This document shows positions 49,188 through 61,229 of a DNA stretch of 64,000 nucleotides, piece after piece. The translations under genes and the position numbers were made by a program. Source of the DNA: Lophium mytilinum (Eukaryota); the NCBI GenBank assembly GCA_010093605.1, contig MU004188.1, forward strand, positions 871,673 through 935,672, written 5' to 3'. The notes under the pieces were generated by a model. The model was not told where the DNA came from. It ran no database searches and was given only the letters and a program-made list of their open reading frames with translations. Numbering within the stretch: the stretch's first letter is position 1; each line of letters opens with the position of its first letter.

Positions 49188-52100
49188 TTACACTGGCGCA
49201 GGTAATTCCTTTGGCCACGTGGAAGCATATCTCACCTGTGGGGATGCGTCCAACGTAGTCGGTATTTTACCGATCTTTTGGATTAAGTAAAGCTCGCGAG
49301 CAGCTCGCCATTGCCTTCTGAATGTAGCCTCTTCACCTCGGTGCCGCTTCTTCTCTAGCTCCTTTAGCCGCTCTTGTTTCTTTCTTTCACGTCTCTCGGT
49401 CTCCTCTTCAGATTCGTAGCGAGGCTTCTTGTCCGTCCCGGTTCTAGTAGGGGGATAGACTGTGAATGGCTTGTATTCGAGTCCATACTTCTCTTCGAGA
49501 TCTTTGATACGGAGGAGGAGTCTGTTTCTTTCCTCACTCCGGTCATTCCGATCTTTCGTCAAGTTTTCGTTCTCCGTTCTGAGTTCTTGTATTTGCAAGT
49601 TCAGAAGCGACACATCAACGCCATCGCCATTCTTCTTGTACTCTACAAGCTCTTTTTCCAGGGCCCTTTTCTTCTTCTTGAGCTTGTCGTAGCTCTCATC
49701 GTCGTCCTTAGATTTGTTCTTGTAGACTTCGGCCCAGTATCTAGATTCTTCACATTCTTTCCGAGCCGCTTCAAGGTCGACTCTACGGGCCTCGCTCGAT
49801 GCATTGAGTTGCTCATAGAGAATCTCGGTCTCTTTTTGAGATCGCGTTTGCTCCTCTAGCTGCGATAATACTTCGTAAAGCTCTTCCTTAGCCTCTAAAT
49901 TGGATTCCTCAAGCTCTTCGATCTTCTGTTCCCATCTTGCGATATCTTCTCGAAGATCTTCGTTCGTGGCCTGGAGGTCCTCAATCTTCTGGTGTCGCTC
50001 TGAGACTACATCATTCGCTTCCTTGTGAGCTCGTTCAAGGGCCTCGATTTGGAGTCGTTGTTCCTTCCCCGATTTGGCCATCATCATTAGCTGGGCTCCC
50101 ATCGTGCCTTTGTAGCCTTCGAACTGCCGGTACTTTTCTTCAACCTTCTCCCAGTTCTCAAGCGTGAACTCAGTTTCCACGTTCTGCAAGAAAGTAGTAG
50201 CCGCGATTTCGTCTTGCAATGACTTGATCTTATCCTCTTGCGCGGACCTTTCAGCCTTTAGGCCCTCCATTGCTTCTAGCTCGCGTTTGGCTACTCCCGC
50301 CTCCCGTTGTGCTTCTACTAGCTGCTCCTTGAGCTCTTCGATCTCTTTCCCGAGATCTCTTACCTTCGTTTCGCCATCGCCTAAGCCAGTCTCTTCTTTC
50401 GCCAACGTAAATTCCGTGTCCTTTTCTTCGAGCTTTCTGGTCAATGACTGAAGTTGATCTCCGCACTCTGTAGCCTGGGTTTTCATTTTTGAAGCGGCCT
50501 TTTCGGAGTCCTCGAGCTTTTGCTTCGCTTTGAGGAGTTGTTCGTCTAACCTTCTGATTTCTTCGGCCAATTTGTCATTGCGCGCCTTCTCGAGTGCGCT
50601 CTCAACCAATTTTTCTTCTGCTTCGGCTTCCAGTTTCTTGACTTTCTCCGCCGCGGCTTCATAGTTCTTGGCCCTTTGTTCCAAATCTTCCTCCCTTAAC
50701 CCAGCTGTCCAGAGCTGCCCTTTAGCGGTTGCTAGCTGCCCTTTAGCTGTTGCTCGTTGCCACTTAGCTGCCGCTAGTCGCACCTTGGCTGTCGCAAGCT
50801 GGTCTTCCTTCTCCTCCAGATCTTTCCACGCCTCCTTCAATTGCAATTCTCTTTTATCTAGCTGATCGCCCAGCATCACTATAGTTTCCCCAAACCGCTT
50901 CTTTTCTTCCCCAAAATGCCTCTTGTCTTCCCCACGTTTCCACTTTTCTTCCTCACATTTCCTCCTTTCACTCAGAACCCTTTCGTGGAAAGCTTCGTAC
51001 ATTATCGAATTATCCGTGTCCTTTTCCTTGAACCTCCTCAAGCGCGTTTTGAACAGTTCCCCTCGCCCAGGGAGCAGCAGTTCCTTTGCGATGCTCTTAA
51101 TGTATGCTTGCTCCCATGCCGAGGGTCCGGGAATATTGAAAGTACTTTTTCCAGCATGAATGTCAGCGACTCGCTCTTCTTGCTCACTCTGTAGTTCTTG
51201 GAGTGGCTTCGTGCGATATATTGCGTTCGTTTCCGCATTTTCTTCGTCTATCTTCTTCGCATACTCCGCGCCACGTTTACGCCCTTCTCGAAACTCGCGA
51301 TGCGCTTCTTCTATCTCGCACTCCTTTTGGTCCCGCACTTCCTGGGTGAGCTCGGGGGTTTTAGGCGGGCTCGGGGATTGGCTTTCGACTGGCGAAGGAG
51401 ATCTTGGCTTATTAGTATTGTCTTCACCGTCACCGGTAGACGGTTGCTGACCTTGATCCTTCCCCAAGGGAGTCCATCCCTTATCAGTGGTAGGGGGCCT
51501 GTGACCCCCCCAGGCGATTAGTACCGGATCCTCCTCGATAGCGCGATCATACCCCTTGACAACCGTCTGGTCAATCTCAGCACCGTTCTCCTTCGATTTT
51601 TCCGGTGAGTCCTCCTCCATCACAGTCCCCTCCGGTTCTGTCTGGTCACTCTCCGCACCGTTCTCCTTCGGTTTTTCCGGTGAGTCCTCCTCCATCACAG
51701 TCCCCTCCGGTTCTCCTAATGCGAAGAGAGTGTTCGCCCTCTCAGGTTTAATCGGCACCCGTGAACGCGTAACAATTGCTCCATACGGTTTCTTATCGTG
51801 TCTTTCGCTCGGAGGAATTACCTTCTCATAAGCTTCCTCCAGCTTTGTATCGTAAGGCATATACAGTGGCCTATTTTTATCCATAAGCCCTTCGTGCCTG
51901 AAGCGGTGAAGTGCCAGGTCAAAGCTGTCGATATCGTGCTCGCCTAGCAACAACCGCCAGGCAGGTTTCGACGGGCCCGATTGTACTGCGAGTAATCGGC
52001 GACGCCTTGCTTCTATAGTCTGATGGAAGGAAGATACAGCGTCTAGCGAGGGCTCATCTTCTGTCTGCGGAGTAGGGCTATCCGACTGCGAAGTAGGGTC

Positions 52101-53168
52101 TTCTGGGGTGGTCACCTCAGGCCCGCTCTCAATATGCTTGATGGTTGGACTGACATCGTCTTCCTCCTTCTGTGTTTCATATGACGTTAAATCATCTTGT
52201 TCTTCATTCTTCTGCGATGATGTGCTATCCGAATTGTTCATAACGGGGCTGCGCTCTTCCGTCTCTATAGGTACGGAGACATCACCATCAATCTCTTGCG
52301 AATAAATCGAGGATGGGCTCTCGAGCTCGTCCTCATCCGAGTCACGACGATGGCCACGACGACTCTCCCGGCCAGAGCTGGCGCGGCTCGCGATCGAGGG
52401 AGACACGGTACTATCAGACTCTTCAGAATAAACCGACGTCGGGCTTTCAGGATCGTCTTCATATATGCTAAGAAGAGTCTGAAGAGTGTCTCGGTCTGAG
52501 GTGGCGCGATACTCTTCTTCGGCATCGTCAGGAAGCGCGGTTGATTCCTCGGTATCGGCTTGCGGCTCTGGTGGCTCTGCGAGCTCATCAATAATTGCTT
52601 CGTAAGAGTCGTCAAGCCCCATACCTTCCCTTAATAAAATATGTACTTCGTCGTCTTCAGACTGTGTCGGTGACTTAAAACCTCGGGGTTTATCTTCTAC
52701 AGCTTCGGTAGGCTGCTCCTGGTCGTGGATCGAAAGACTTGGATCTACGCTCATGTCTGCTTCGTCAGAGATTTCTTTCGCAGCCTCAGAAGGTGCTTCC
52801 TCCACAGGAGCCGGTACTTCTTCCACAGCGGCAGGCACTTCAGCCACTTCAAAATGGGCGGTGTCTTCGGCTGGGGCATCGATGACTTGAGGGTCTTCCG
52901 AAACGGGTGCAACATCCTCGGTTTCTGCTGGAGGCGGAAGGTCTTCCGAGGCTACTTCGATCGCCTTCTCTTCCTCGGCAGGGGCAGTTTCTTCGGGGGG
53001 AGGAGGAGAAACGATTTCAGTTAGAGCTGGTTCGTCTTGGTTTTCGTTCACGTCTTCTGGATTTTCGGGCGTATCTATATCTTCAGGGCCTTCTTCGAAC
53101 AGATCGTCGAATCTACCGTCATCCTCCTCTTCAACGGGCTCTTCGTGGGTGTGCGGTAAGTCTGACAT
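49188..53168 (-). CDS. 1326-aa intronless orphan: acidic disordered N-half and long coiled-coil C-half
   Basis: Uninterrupted 3981-nt ORF with E/K/L heptad character and no recognisable catalytic motif. Confidence 0.8.
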   Translation of the reverse strand: MSDLPHTHEEPVEEEDDGRFDDLFEEGPEDIDTPENPEDVNENQDEPALTEIVSPPPPEETAPAEEEKAIEVASEDLPPPAETEDVAPVSEDPQVIDAPAEDTAHFEVAEVPAAVEEVPAPVEEAPSEAAKEISDEADMSVDPSLSIHDQEQPTEAVEDKPRGFKSPTQSEDDEVHILLREGMGLDDSYEAIIDELAEPPEPQADTEESTALPDDAEEEYRATSDRDTLQTLLSIYEDDPESPTSVYSEESDSTVSPSIASRASSGRESRRGHRRDSDEDELESPSSIYSQEIDGDVSVPIETEERSPVMNNSDSTSSQKNEEQDDLTSYETQKEEDDVSPTIKHIESGPEVTTPEDPTSQSDSPTPQTEDEPSLDAVSSFHQTIEARRRRLLAVQSGPSKPAWRLLLGEHDIDSFDLALHRFRHEGLMDKNRPLYMPYDTKLEEAYEKVIPPSERHDKKPYGAIVTRSRVPIKPERANTLFALGEPEGTVMEEDSPEKPKENGAESDQTEPEGTVMEEDSPEKSKENGAEIDQTVVKGYDRAIEEDPVLIAWGGHRPPTTDKGWTPLGKDQGQQPSTGDGEDNTNKPRSPSPVESQSPSPPKTPELTQEVRDQKECEIEEAHREFREGRKRGAEYAKKIDEENAETNAIYRTKPLQELQSEQEERVADIHAGKSTFNIPGPSAWEQAYIKSIAKELLLPGRGELFKTRLRRFKEKDTDNSIMYEAFHERVLSERRKCEEEKWKRGEDKRHFGEEKKRFGETIVMLGDQLDKRELQLKEAWKDLEEKEDQLATAKVRLAAAKWQRATAKGQLATAKGQLWTAGLREEDLEQRAKNYEAAAEKVKKLEAEAEEKLVESALEKARNDKLAEEIRRLDEQLLKAKQKLEDSEKAASKMKTQATECGDQLQSLTRKLEEKDTEFTLAKEETGLGDGETKVRDLGKEIEELKEQLVEAQREAGVAKRELEAMEGLKAERSAQEDKIKSLQDEIAATTFLQNVETEFTLENWEKVEEKYRQFEGYKGTMGAQLMMMAKSGKEQRLQIEALERAHKEANDVVSERHQKIEDLQATNEDLREDIARWEQKIEELEESNLEAKEELYEVLSQLEEQTRSQKETEILYEQLNASSEARRVDLEAARKECEESRYWAEVYKNKSKDDDESYDKLKKKKRALEKELVEYKKNGDGVDVSLLNLQIQELRTENENLTKDRNDRSEERNRLLLRIKDLEEKYGLEYKPFTVYPPTRTGTDKKPRYESEEETERRERKKQERLKELEKKRHRGEEATFRRQWRAARELYLIQKIGKIPTTLDASPQVRYASTWPKELPAPV
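51565..51714 (-). repeat. Near-perfect 75-bp in-frame tandem duplication
   Basis: Encodes EPEGTVMEEDSPEK.KENGAE.DQT twice. Confidence 0.92.
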
Positions 53169-54549
53169 GTCGGGATCTAGGCAGGCAGGCCTAGTGCTGC
53201 TAGATCTAGTGACGTGCCTCTATGGCTATGGGTGTCTACTTGTGGATCAATGTGCGATAAACGAACGTCGAACTGGTTACGCGTCTATGGGGTATATTAC
53301 ACGGAGTGGGTATTCGCGAAGTAAAAATTGCAAGTGGATGGACGTGAGCGTATGAGATTAGTGCTATGCAATATGCAATACAATCGACTGTAACCAAATG
53401 TCGTCGGAGGGTATGAGAATGGTGATACCTATCCTCGATTCTCAAACCACCCTTTGATCCTTTGTCACCTTTTCCAAAATTCTTTGTCCGATTGTTGGTA
53501 CCTTTCTACGTTTCTTTCCGTTGCTCGAGAGCGAAGCCCTTTGAGGGCTATCGCCACGAACAAAGACTCCGAAGCTAACAGGCAGCTCCAAAATACGTTC
53601 TTTCATCGCCGCCTGAATTAGAGAACAATCCCCTTGTTGTCCACACGCAGAGTAGTCTGACCCTGTTAATGGGCCTCGAAGCTGAGACTTAGATTTTATC
53701 ATTCCTCCAATACAGAGTTAATACATAGTTACTGCAGATGATCACTGCAGTACCGTGAATGTCTGTCACGGCTCTTTGCTATTTCTTAGGGGCCGGTGTG
53801 GCAGTGGGCCATTACCTCTTTAAGACATTACCTCTTCAGGCCATATTCTTCGAGTCGCGGTAGCGTATAGGGTATCTGGACTGGTCCTTGAAATCGCGAA
53901 ATAACGTGAAATAACCTCCTTGACCCACATAGGAGGACCTAGTGCTGCATTTGGTGATGCTTGCGAGGCTGTCATACCACTCCATAAATGCTGTTCTTAG
54001 AATAATGACGATAAGCCTGATAACGGTAGAATGTTCGGGACCCCATTTTCTGCGCTGGCCACCACTAGAGTCACAGATACTGGTGAAGATGTTCGAAGGT
54101 GAAAATAAAAACACATCTACTTCGCTCTAGTCCTAAAGCGTACACGGAGAACGCGGGCCGCCACTCCACGAAAACCACCACCTGGGCATTCCACTACTGC
54201 ACTACGACATTACTAACCGGCGGCACATCGGCTTCCACTCATCAACGCTTTTTGGCTCAGCCAAGAGACTCCAAGCAAGCAAACGGACAAAGATTTTCCG
54301 GGGTTCTGATCGATTCCTTCTGCTGCGCCAGGAACCAAGGCCATGAGTCAATCCCCGCGCTGACGAACTGCTCCACGTGTGGAGAACTGTGCAACCCCGG
54401 CACTGTATATAAGGCTACTTCAGAGCACCTTCGATACGCCATTACATTCTTCAAGTTGAGCTGTTTTATATTTTCATTTGAAAGTCTCTTGAAGAGGAAA
54501 GTTTCGTTCTGAATTGTCTACGGCTGTCTTCTTTTCCTTCTACTTCGCT

Positions 54550-56195
54550 ATGATTTCCCGCTCCCATCACAATGGCGGTTCCTCTACCGCCGTAATCGAG
54601 CAGATGGAGCTCGCAGACGTGTCAAACTTTCTCTCTGAGAAGGAGAGCAAACCATCTGGGCCTCAAAGCATCCACAGCCTCCGCATCAGCGAGGCTGATA
54701 GAAATCGAATATGCGACGATCCCGTTGAGAATCTGCCTTCCCCGACAATACAGGCATCAGAGAAGCCCCAGAGATGGAACCATCCGCGTGTCAATTTGTT
54801 CCGGACAATGGCCGCGTTCTGGGGATTTGTGGTTATGGGGATGAATGATGCTGCTTATGGAGTATGCTCGTATTGGAACTCAGAGAAGGATCATGCTAAC
54901 ACTGACCTCAGGCTTTGATACCATATGTAGGAAAATTGCTTTGCCGTGAAACTCCTTTTACTAATCGTTTCATAGCTCGAAGAATACTACGACCTCTCCT
55001 ACACTGTCGTCTCCCTAGTCTTCCTTTCCCCATTAGCAGGATACACCGCTTCGGCCCTCATGAACAACGCCATCCACCTGAAGTTCGGCCAACGCGGCGT
55101 CGCCTTCATCTCACCGGGCTGCCATCTCCTCGCCTATATCGTCATCGCCGTGCACCCGCCTTACCCCGTCCTCGTCGTCATCTTCATGGTGGCCGGTTTC
55201 GGCAACGGCCTTGAGGATGCCGCCTGGAACGCATGGGTAGGCAACATGGCCAACCCGAACGAAATCCTCGGGTTCCTGCACGCATTCTACGGACTAGGCG
55301 CCACGCTGAGTCCACTGATTGCAACGACGATGATTACGAAGGGGAAGGGACTGCCATGGTTCTACTTTTACTACGTTATGGCCTGTCCCCATAGTCATTC
55401 CCACTTCGAACCCTTAGATTAACAGCCTCATCAGATCGCCGCCGCAGCAATCGAACTTCTCACGTCCATAGCCGCCTTCTGGGGCGCCACGGGTGCCGTC
55501 TTCCGAGCTGCGAACCCGCGCTCCACCGACACGAAAGACAGCCGCATGAAGGAAGCCCTCTTCCGGCGGCCCTCAGCGCGCGTCACCTGGCTCTGCGCGC
55601 TGTTCCTGCTTGGATACGTCGGTATCGAAGTCGCGCTGGGCGGCTGGATCGTCGTCTTCATGATCAACGTGCGGCACGGCGCGCGCTTCGCATCCGGTAT
55701 GGCTGCGACCGGGTTCTGGCTAGGGATTACGGTGGGTAGGATAGTGTTGGGGTTTGTGACGCCGAAGTTGGGCGAGAAGCTTGCAATAGCCGTATGTACT
55801 CCCATTACTCCCATTACTCCCATTACTCCCATCCCCTCTAATCCACCTCCCAGATCTACCTCCCCATAGCCATGGCCTTCGAGCTCCTCTTCTGGCTCGT
55901 CCCGCAATTCTACGTCTCCGCCGTCGCCGTCTCCCTGCAAGGCTTCTTCATCGGCCCCATGTTCCCCGCCGCCGTTGTCGCAGCCACCAAACTGCTGCCG
56001 CGCCATCTGCACGTCAGCGCCATTGGCTTCGCGGCCGCGTTTGGAGGATCAGGAGCCGCAATTTTCCCGTTCGCTGTCGGCGCGATTGCGAACACGAAGG
56101 GTGTGCAGGTGTTGCAGCCGATTATCTTGGCGCTTATGGGCGTGATCTTGTTGGTGTGGCTGGGGCTGCCGAGGTTTCAGCGGAAGGTGGAGTAG
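54550..56195 (+). CDS. MFS transporter (Bsc6/fucose-permease-like)
   Basis: GMNDAAYGALIPYLEEYY (ALIPY is a 15-nt micro-exon), GFGNGLEDAAWN, LHAFYGLGA, YVGIEVALGGW, GPMFP. Four introns; start at 54550 or 54604. Confidence 0.9.
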
Positions 56196-56726
56196 GAGGG
56201 GGGAAGAAAAGGGAAAGACACTCTGCTAGAAGATGAGAGGTAGAGGTGGTGAGAGAGTTGGGTTCGATGAGGCGTACAAAAGGAGGAGTATGCGCATTCA
56301 TAGGTTTTAGATTTGAAATAGCCTAGAAGCCTTACCCATTGTTTAGGGCTACCGAGTTCTCCTTTGCTCCAAGGCGGGCGAGACGGCTCACTCATGATTA
56401 CTTGACTGTGAGCTCCTGGCTAGCAATTTCCCCTTATTCAACTTTCTCCATCATCTCTTCTTCCATCATGCCGGGTATAAAGTAGGGCTTAACGACCTAG
56501 TAGGAAATCCCCGCCGAGCGGATGGCCAGTGGGAGCTAAGCTCCAAGTAAGATGCAGATATGATCCCCTTCGCACACGTAATGTGGATTACATCGTAGTA
56601 GCAAAGAATCGTGGACTCTAAACTAGTCATTTGTATGTAAGTCTATGTCGGCGTACCTGAGCGCGCCATAGGGTATCTAGCTCGGAGGTCCGGTGCTAGA
56701 AACACAGAGTTTGAAACAAAGCTTCT

Positions 56727-59558
56727 CTATTCCGTTGTTGAATCATCTCCAATGGACAACGTCCCAGTTGTGCTACAACTTAGAGGCGTGAAAGATACGT
56801 CGTCGATCCGAGCGGAGGGATAAAATTGCGTCCTCATGTTGTATATGAGTTGCCCCGTGCAAGCAGAACCAACCCACAGAATACCAGAAGTAGTCCTCGG
56901 ATAGAAGGTTGTCGAATTCCGGATCATGGCTTTGACATTAGTGTAAGCCTGTAATCTTGGTATCTCCATGATGATCTCGTCATTAAATTTGACGGTAGTA
57001 TTGCAGCCTGGATAATTGATAGAATTTTCGCTAAACATATACTGTCAGTAGACGGACACATAAAAATGAACAAACATGATGATGGTTCATACCGCCAGAG
57101 GATGGAGACATCTACAACACGTTAGGTCGCACGAGCATGAGGGTAATAATGGTCAAGCTTACTGTACGGAGCGGACGGGCTCAAATTTGCTATCGATCTG
57201 TAGAGAGATGCGGATCCCCCATGAAGTACCCTGTGATATCATCAGAAATTGAGTCATCGCGCAGTGTCGTAGCGCAATGTACTAACACAGATCCACTGTT
57301 ACTTGCATCATCCGCGGGGTAAGGACCCGCGTACTGTACTGGAATAACTTGATTCTTCCAATTCTCTTGACTAGTCCACCCTGAGACCGGGTTTTCTTGC
57401 GTAAGATCGTAGTCTGCGAAATTCCCGTTCCAGGCGATATTTAGAGGTTGGCTTTGGAGTGATTCAAATGTATCCTCCTCCTGACATGTGCAGCGAGGGA
57501 CAAGAGAAACACCGTACATTGCCACGGTTCCTACAGTAATGCCTTGGGAAATGGCCGGATCCGGGCAAACAACGTTGAATGTTAGTGCAGGGTTGGAGAT
57601 AGCAGGACGGTAGACGACAGCTGGAGACCTAGGGAAGTTGGACCTGCTATCAGCATAGGGCCCGTTCTTCGAATATGATAAGGACCAGTAATAGCCGACG
57701 CAATACTGAGAAATTGCAACATCGTCCATATACGCCGTTAAATTGCAGCACGAGTGCGATCCAGAACCCAGAAGTGAATTTTCCCTATGTTCCATGAGCA
57801 AAACAGGAGTGGCAATGATAACGACCGTGATACTTACGAGCCATAAAAAGTGAGTACATATTCATTTCCAACAGTGAGGTCGTTGATTGGTACACTAATA
57901 TTCCTGTAAGGAAGCCCTGTGGCATAAACCACTGGGATTCCACTATATGTTGCCGAAGGTGAAACCATTGCATTGGTCGACACCGGACAGTCCTGACTCC
58001 GGTCGCAGGTAGGGCTTGGTTTAGGGGTGCAATTGACATCAGAGTTTACGGACGAGCTTGCGGAGGCGGAAGCGCTCTCCGAAGTTGTGAATGATATGGT
58101 CAAGGTGCTTGTTTCCTGGGAGGTGGATGATGGTGAAGAAATCTCTGAAGCAGGTATGCTCGTAGAAAATGAGGCTGAAGTGGAGGCTGAATCACTAGTT
58201 GTTGAAGGAAGATTGGAAGAAGTGAAGGCGCTAATCTGAGTTGAAGATAACGACTCTGGTTCCGTACTGGATGTTTGCACACTTTGGCTAGGGCTTTCAG
58301 TCGTGGTAACAGAGATGACCATAGTGGAGCTCGTAGAGCTAAGCGTGAGGGTAGCGCCATCGCTTGGACTCGAGTCTGAGCCCAATATGAGAGTAGACGA
58401 GGTGACAGACTCGGAGATGCTGGAATCGAGACTAGTGAAGGAGCTGCTTGTAAAATCCTGGGTCTCACTGGTAGACAATGAAACCGAACTCGAGCCGGTG
58501 ATTGTTGCAGAACTGGAAGAAGCAAGAACGGATTCATCAGTAGAACTAGAAATCGAGACGAATATCGAGCTGGAAACCGGGCTTGGCATTTCGGGAGAGG
58601 ACGTCGTTATTGAGGAGACACCTGAGTTATAATCCGTAGAAACGCTTACGACAGTGCTTGACGAGCTGCTGGATGATGAAGTCGAGGAGGATAACAATGG
58701 TGATGGCGAAGGGAGTTCCGAGGGGCTCGGTATGGGTGTAACAGATGAAGACTGGGCCGTTGAAGAAAGTACTTCCGAAGTTGAAGACAATTGCGTAATG
58801 GATGACGATGCCAGAATTGAGGTGAGCGATGAGGCAGACGACGAGATGTCTGGAGTGGACGAAGAGCGTGCGGTGCTACTAACCCGAATGCTTGAACTGA
58901 GCGAAGGAGAGCTTGGACGGTTGATTGTCGAGGATGCTGAACTTGGGCTGCTGCTGCTCGAAAGTCTCGAGCTGATGGAGAAAGACCTGGATGAAGTAGA
59001 AGAAGAGCGTGCACTGCTGGTCGAAAGCCTCGAGCTAAACGAGGAAGACCTGGATGAAGTAGAAGAGCGAGCACTGCTGGTGGAAAGTCTCGAGCTAGAC
59101 GAGGGAGACCTTGTTGAGGCAGAAGAGTGAGCACTCAATGTGGACGACCTTAGCGATGATGAGGCTGTTCGGCTGGATGTCCGGAGCGTCGAAGATATCC
59201 TTCCAGTGGAGGTGGAGCTCGGTTTCGCACAAGATGACAAGCTCTCTATGTATACGTAAATGAGTGATCAATCTAAAGGAGAACCTAAACGTTACCATTG
59301 CAGGTACCCCAACCAGCTTGACATCCTGACCTTTTATGGCAATATGCATCTGCTGAGCCACAGACTAGAGAAAAAGATAAGTAACTAATTCGCGTCTAAT
59401 AGGTTGTCAAACGTACACGAGAACTGGCTGCAACAGTCCCCGAATCTACTGCCTTCGCAAGTCAAACCAAAGTTCGGGCCACAGCGACCGGTTTTGCTGA
59501 CGTGCTGCTCGCTAGCAACAGAGGCCAGAGGTATAGCTAGCCAAATGAGTAAGCGCAT
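56727..59558 (-). CDS. Secreted modular protein: hevein/CBM18 domain, Ser/Thr mucin stalk, two beta-sandwich-like domains; apparent frameshift at about 57218
   Basis: ATG at 59558 and a signal peptide, then GRCGPNFGLTCEGSRFGDCCSQFSFCGSADAYC...GCQAGWGTC across an intron. A ~400-aa Ser/Thr tract follows, then a domain running NIAWNGNF...IDDVSF. Confidence 0.85.
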
Positions 59559-61229
59559 ATTTTACAATGCAAGGTTATAATAGATGATGCGGAATAATGA
59601 GTGGATGCTCGGCGCAAAGCAATTGCGGCAAGGCGGAGGGAGTAAATCCTACATGAGTGCAGAGGTGCATTTCTTGAGCTTGTGCCGCTAAGAGGTGCTT
59701 AATAGTTGGTGTTGACAAAAGGCTTGCCAAGAGGGATCGGATTTGCCACTAATTCGCACCTAGACTGTATGAGGTTCGCAGCTTCGTGGCTGCGAGCCTT
59801 GCGCGCCAACCAACTAGCCGTAACGAAGCCCCTTTAAGGTTCTGGAATAATATTGGTTTTTATACGATTCATTTAGGCCAGACGCTCAAGATCTCGATCC
59901 CTCAGCCTTTGTCGAGGCGTACGATGCATTCGAACCCTCCGCATTCGTAGCCCTGCCGTGAAAATGGAGCAGCACCCACCCAGCACTCATCTGTCTAGGC
60001 AAGTGAGCACAAAGAAAGTCAGAACGTCGCTTTCCTCAAATTTTTAAAAAGCAGAATAGACCATCGTCAGAGCTATCAAGGTTGGAACTTCCGGCGCAAT
60101 ACCAGTCACCTTAGCCCAGACTAGCGAGTCGTGATGTGGGACTGCGCTGTTACTTCGAAGGAGGCGGCAAGCCACGCAGTTACGTGAAGATAGAGAAAAG
60201 AAAAGGTGACGCGAGGAAAGAAAGAGTGAACATAGATTATCTTTTCTAATGGTGGTGCCCAGAGCGCCCCGGAGGTAGGATAGGGTATTGTACTGGAAGT
60301 TGGAGCGTCGTCAAGAAATACAGTGGTGAGCGAACACTTGATGTCACTCGACAACCTTCTTGCGGATTTGACGATTAGGAGCCGTATCTGGCGGCCATGA
60401 AGTGGTTCATTGGGGAAAAAAAGGCTTTGGATCTGTCGTTTCGACACCCTCTTTAAACAGTCCGTAAACGACTGCTTGGTGGGCTTTTTGTATTTTAATG
60501 ACTCGACTATGGAATAGTTCAACACTCGCTTTACATTCGACAGTGCGGAACCTAGTAATGCGAGGACGTCGACTTGAAGTCAGCGTGGACGTTAAGACGT
60601 CGTGGGAAGGCTGAGTGTCCTCGTCCCTGGAGATTCTGCAGGGCAGACTGACCAATGACACAGTCCTAATTTCGTCCAATAGCTTGGGATGAGGCAACCC
60701 AATTTAGCATCACCGCTAGTCCCTTTGCAGTCGGAGAGGAACACGGCTCAAAATAAGTGTCTCGCGTTTAGCAGCAACACCATTCGCGACTTCGTTCCTT
60801 CTCCCACCGCCATCCATGCTGCTGTCGCAAAAGCTGTCTTAGCACCTTTACGCTGCTTGCCGTACTTTCGACTACCTTGGCACCACTATGCAGGCGAGGA
60901 CTAGAATTCCTACTGTAGTAAGCAGATTAAGTGGACAACAAGCATTCGATATGACAGGTATTTGTATAGTAAAGGCAGTCGGACCACAGAGCATCCACGA
61001 TCCGAAGATGGTGACTTGGGACGGCTCGGAGTTGTCGATCCCGGTACAGTATTAATGCCCTGGGGTTTGATTCGTCCCCGCATTTTTCTTGGGTTCCCTA
61101 TTCCCTTCCATAAGTGAGCATAGTTCACTTGCACACTTATAATTCCATCTTTCCCTCAATTTGTGTTTTTCCCGGGCTATGATCGTGCAGAGACGTTGAA
61201 TCAGCCTGGTACTCAGCGTGATAGCCGCG

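Noticed and set aside
58027..59130. Long acidic plus-strand ORFs
   Set aside because: Antisense shadows of the Ser/Thr-rich exon.
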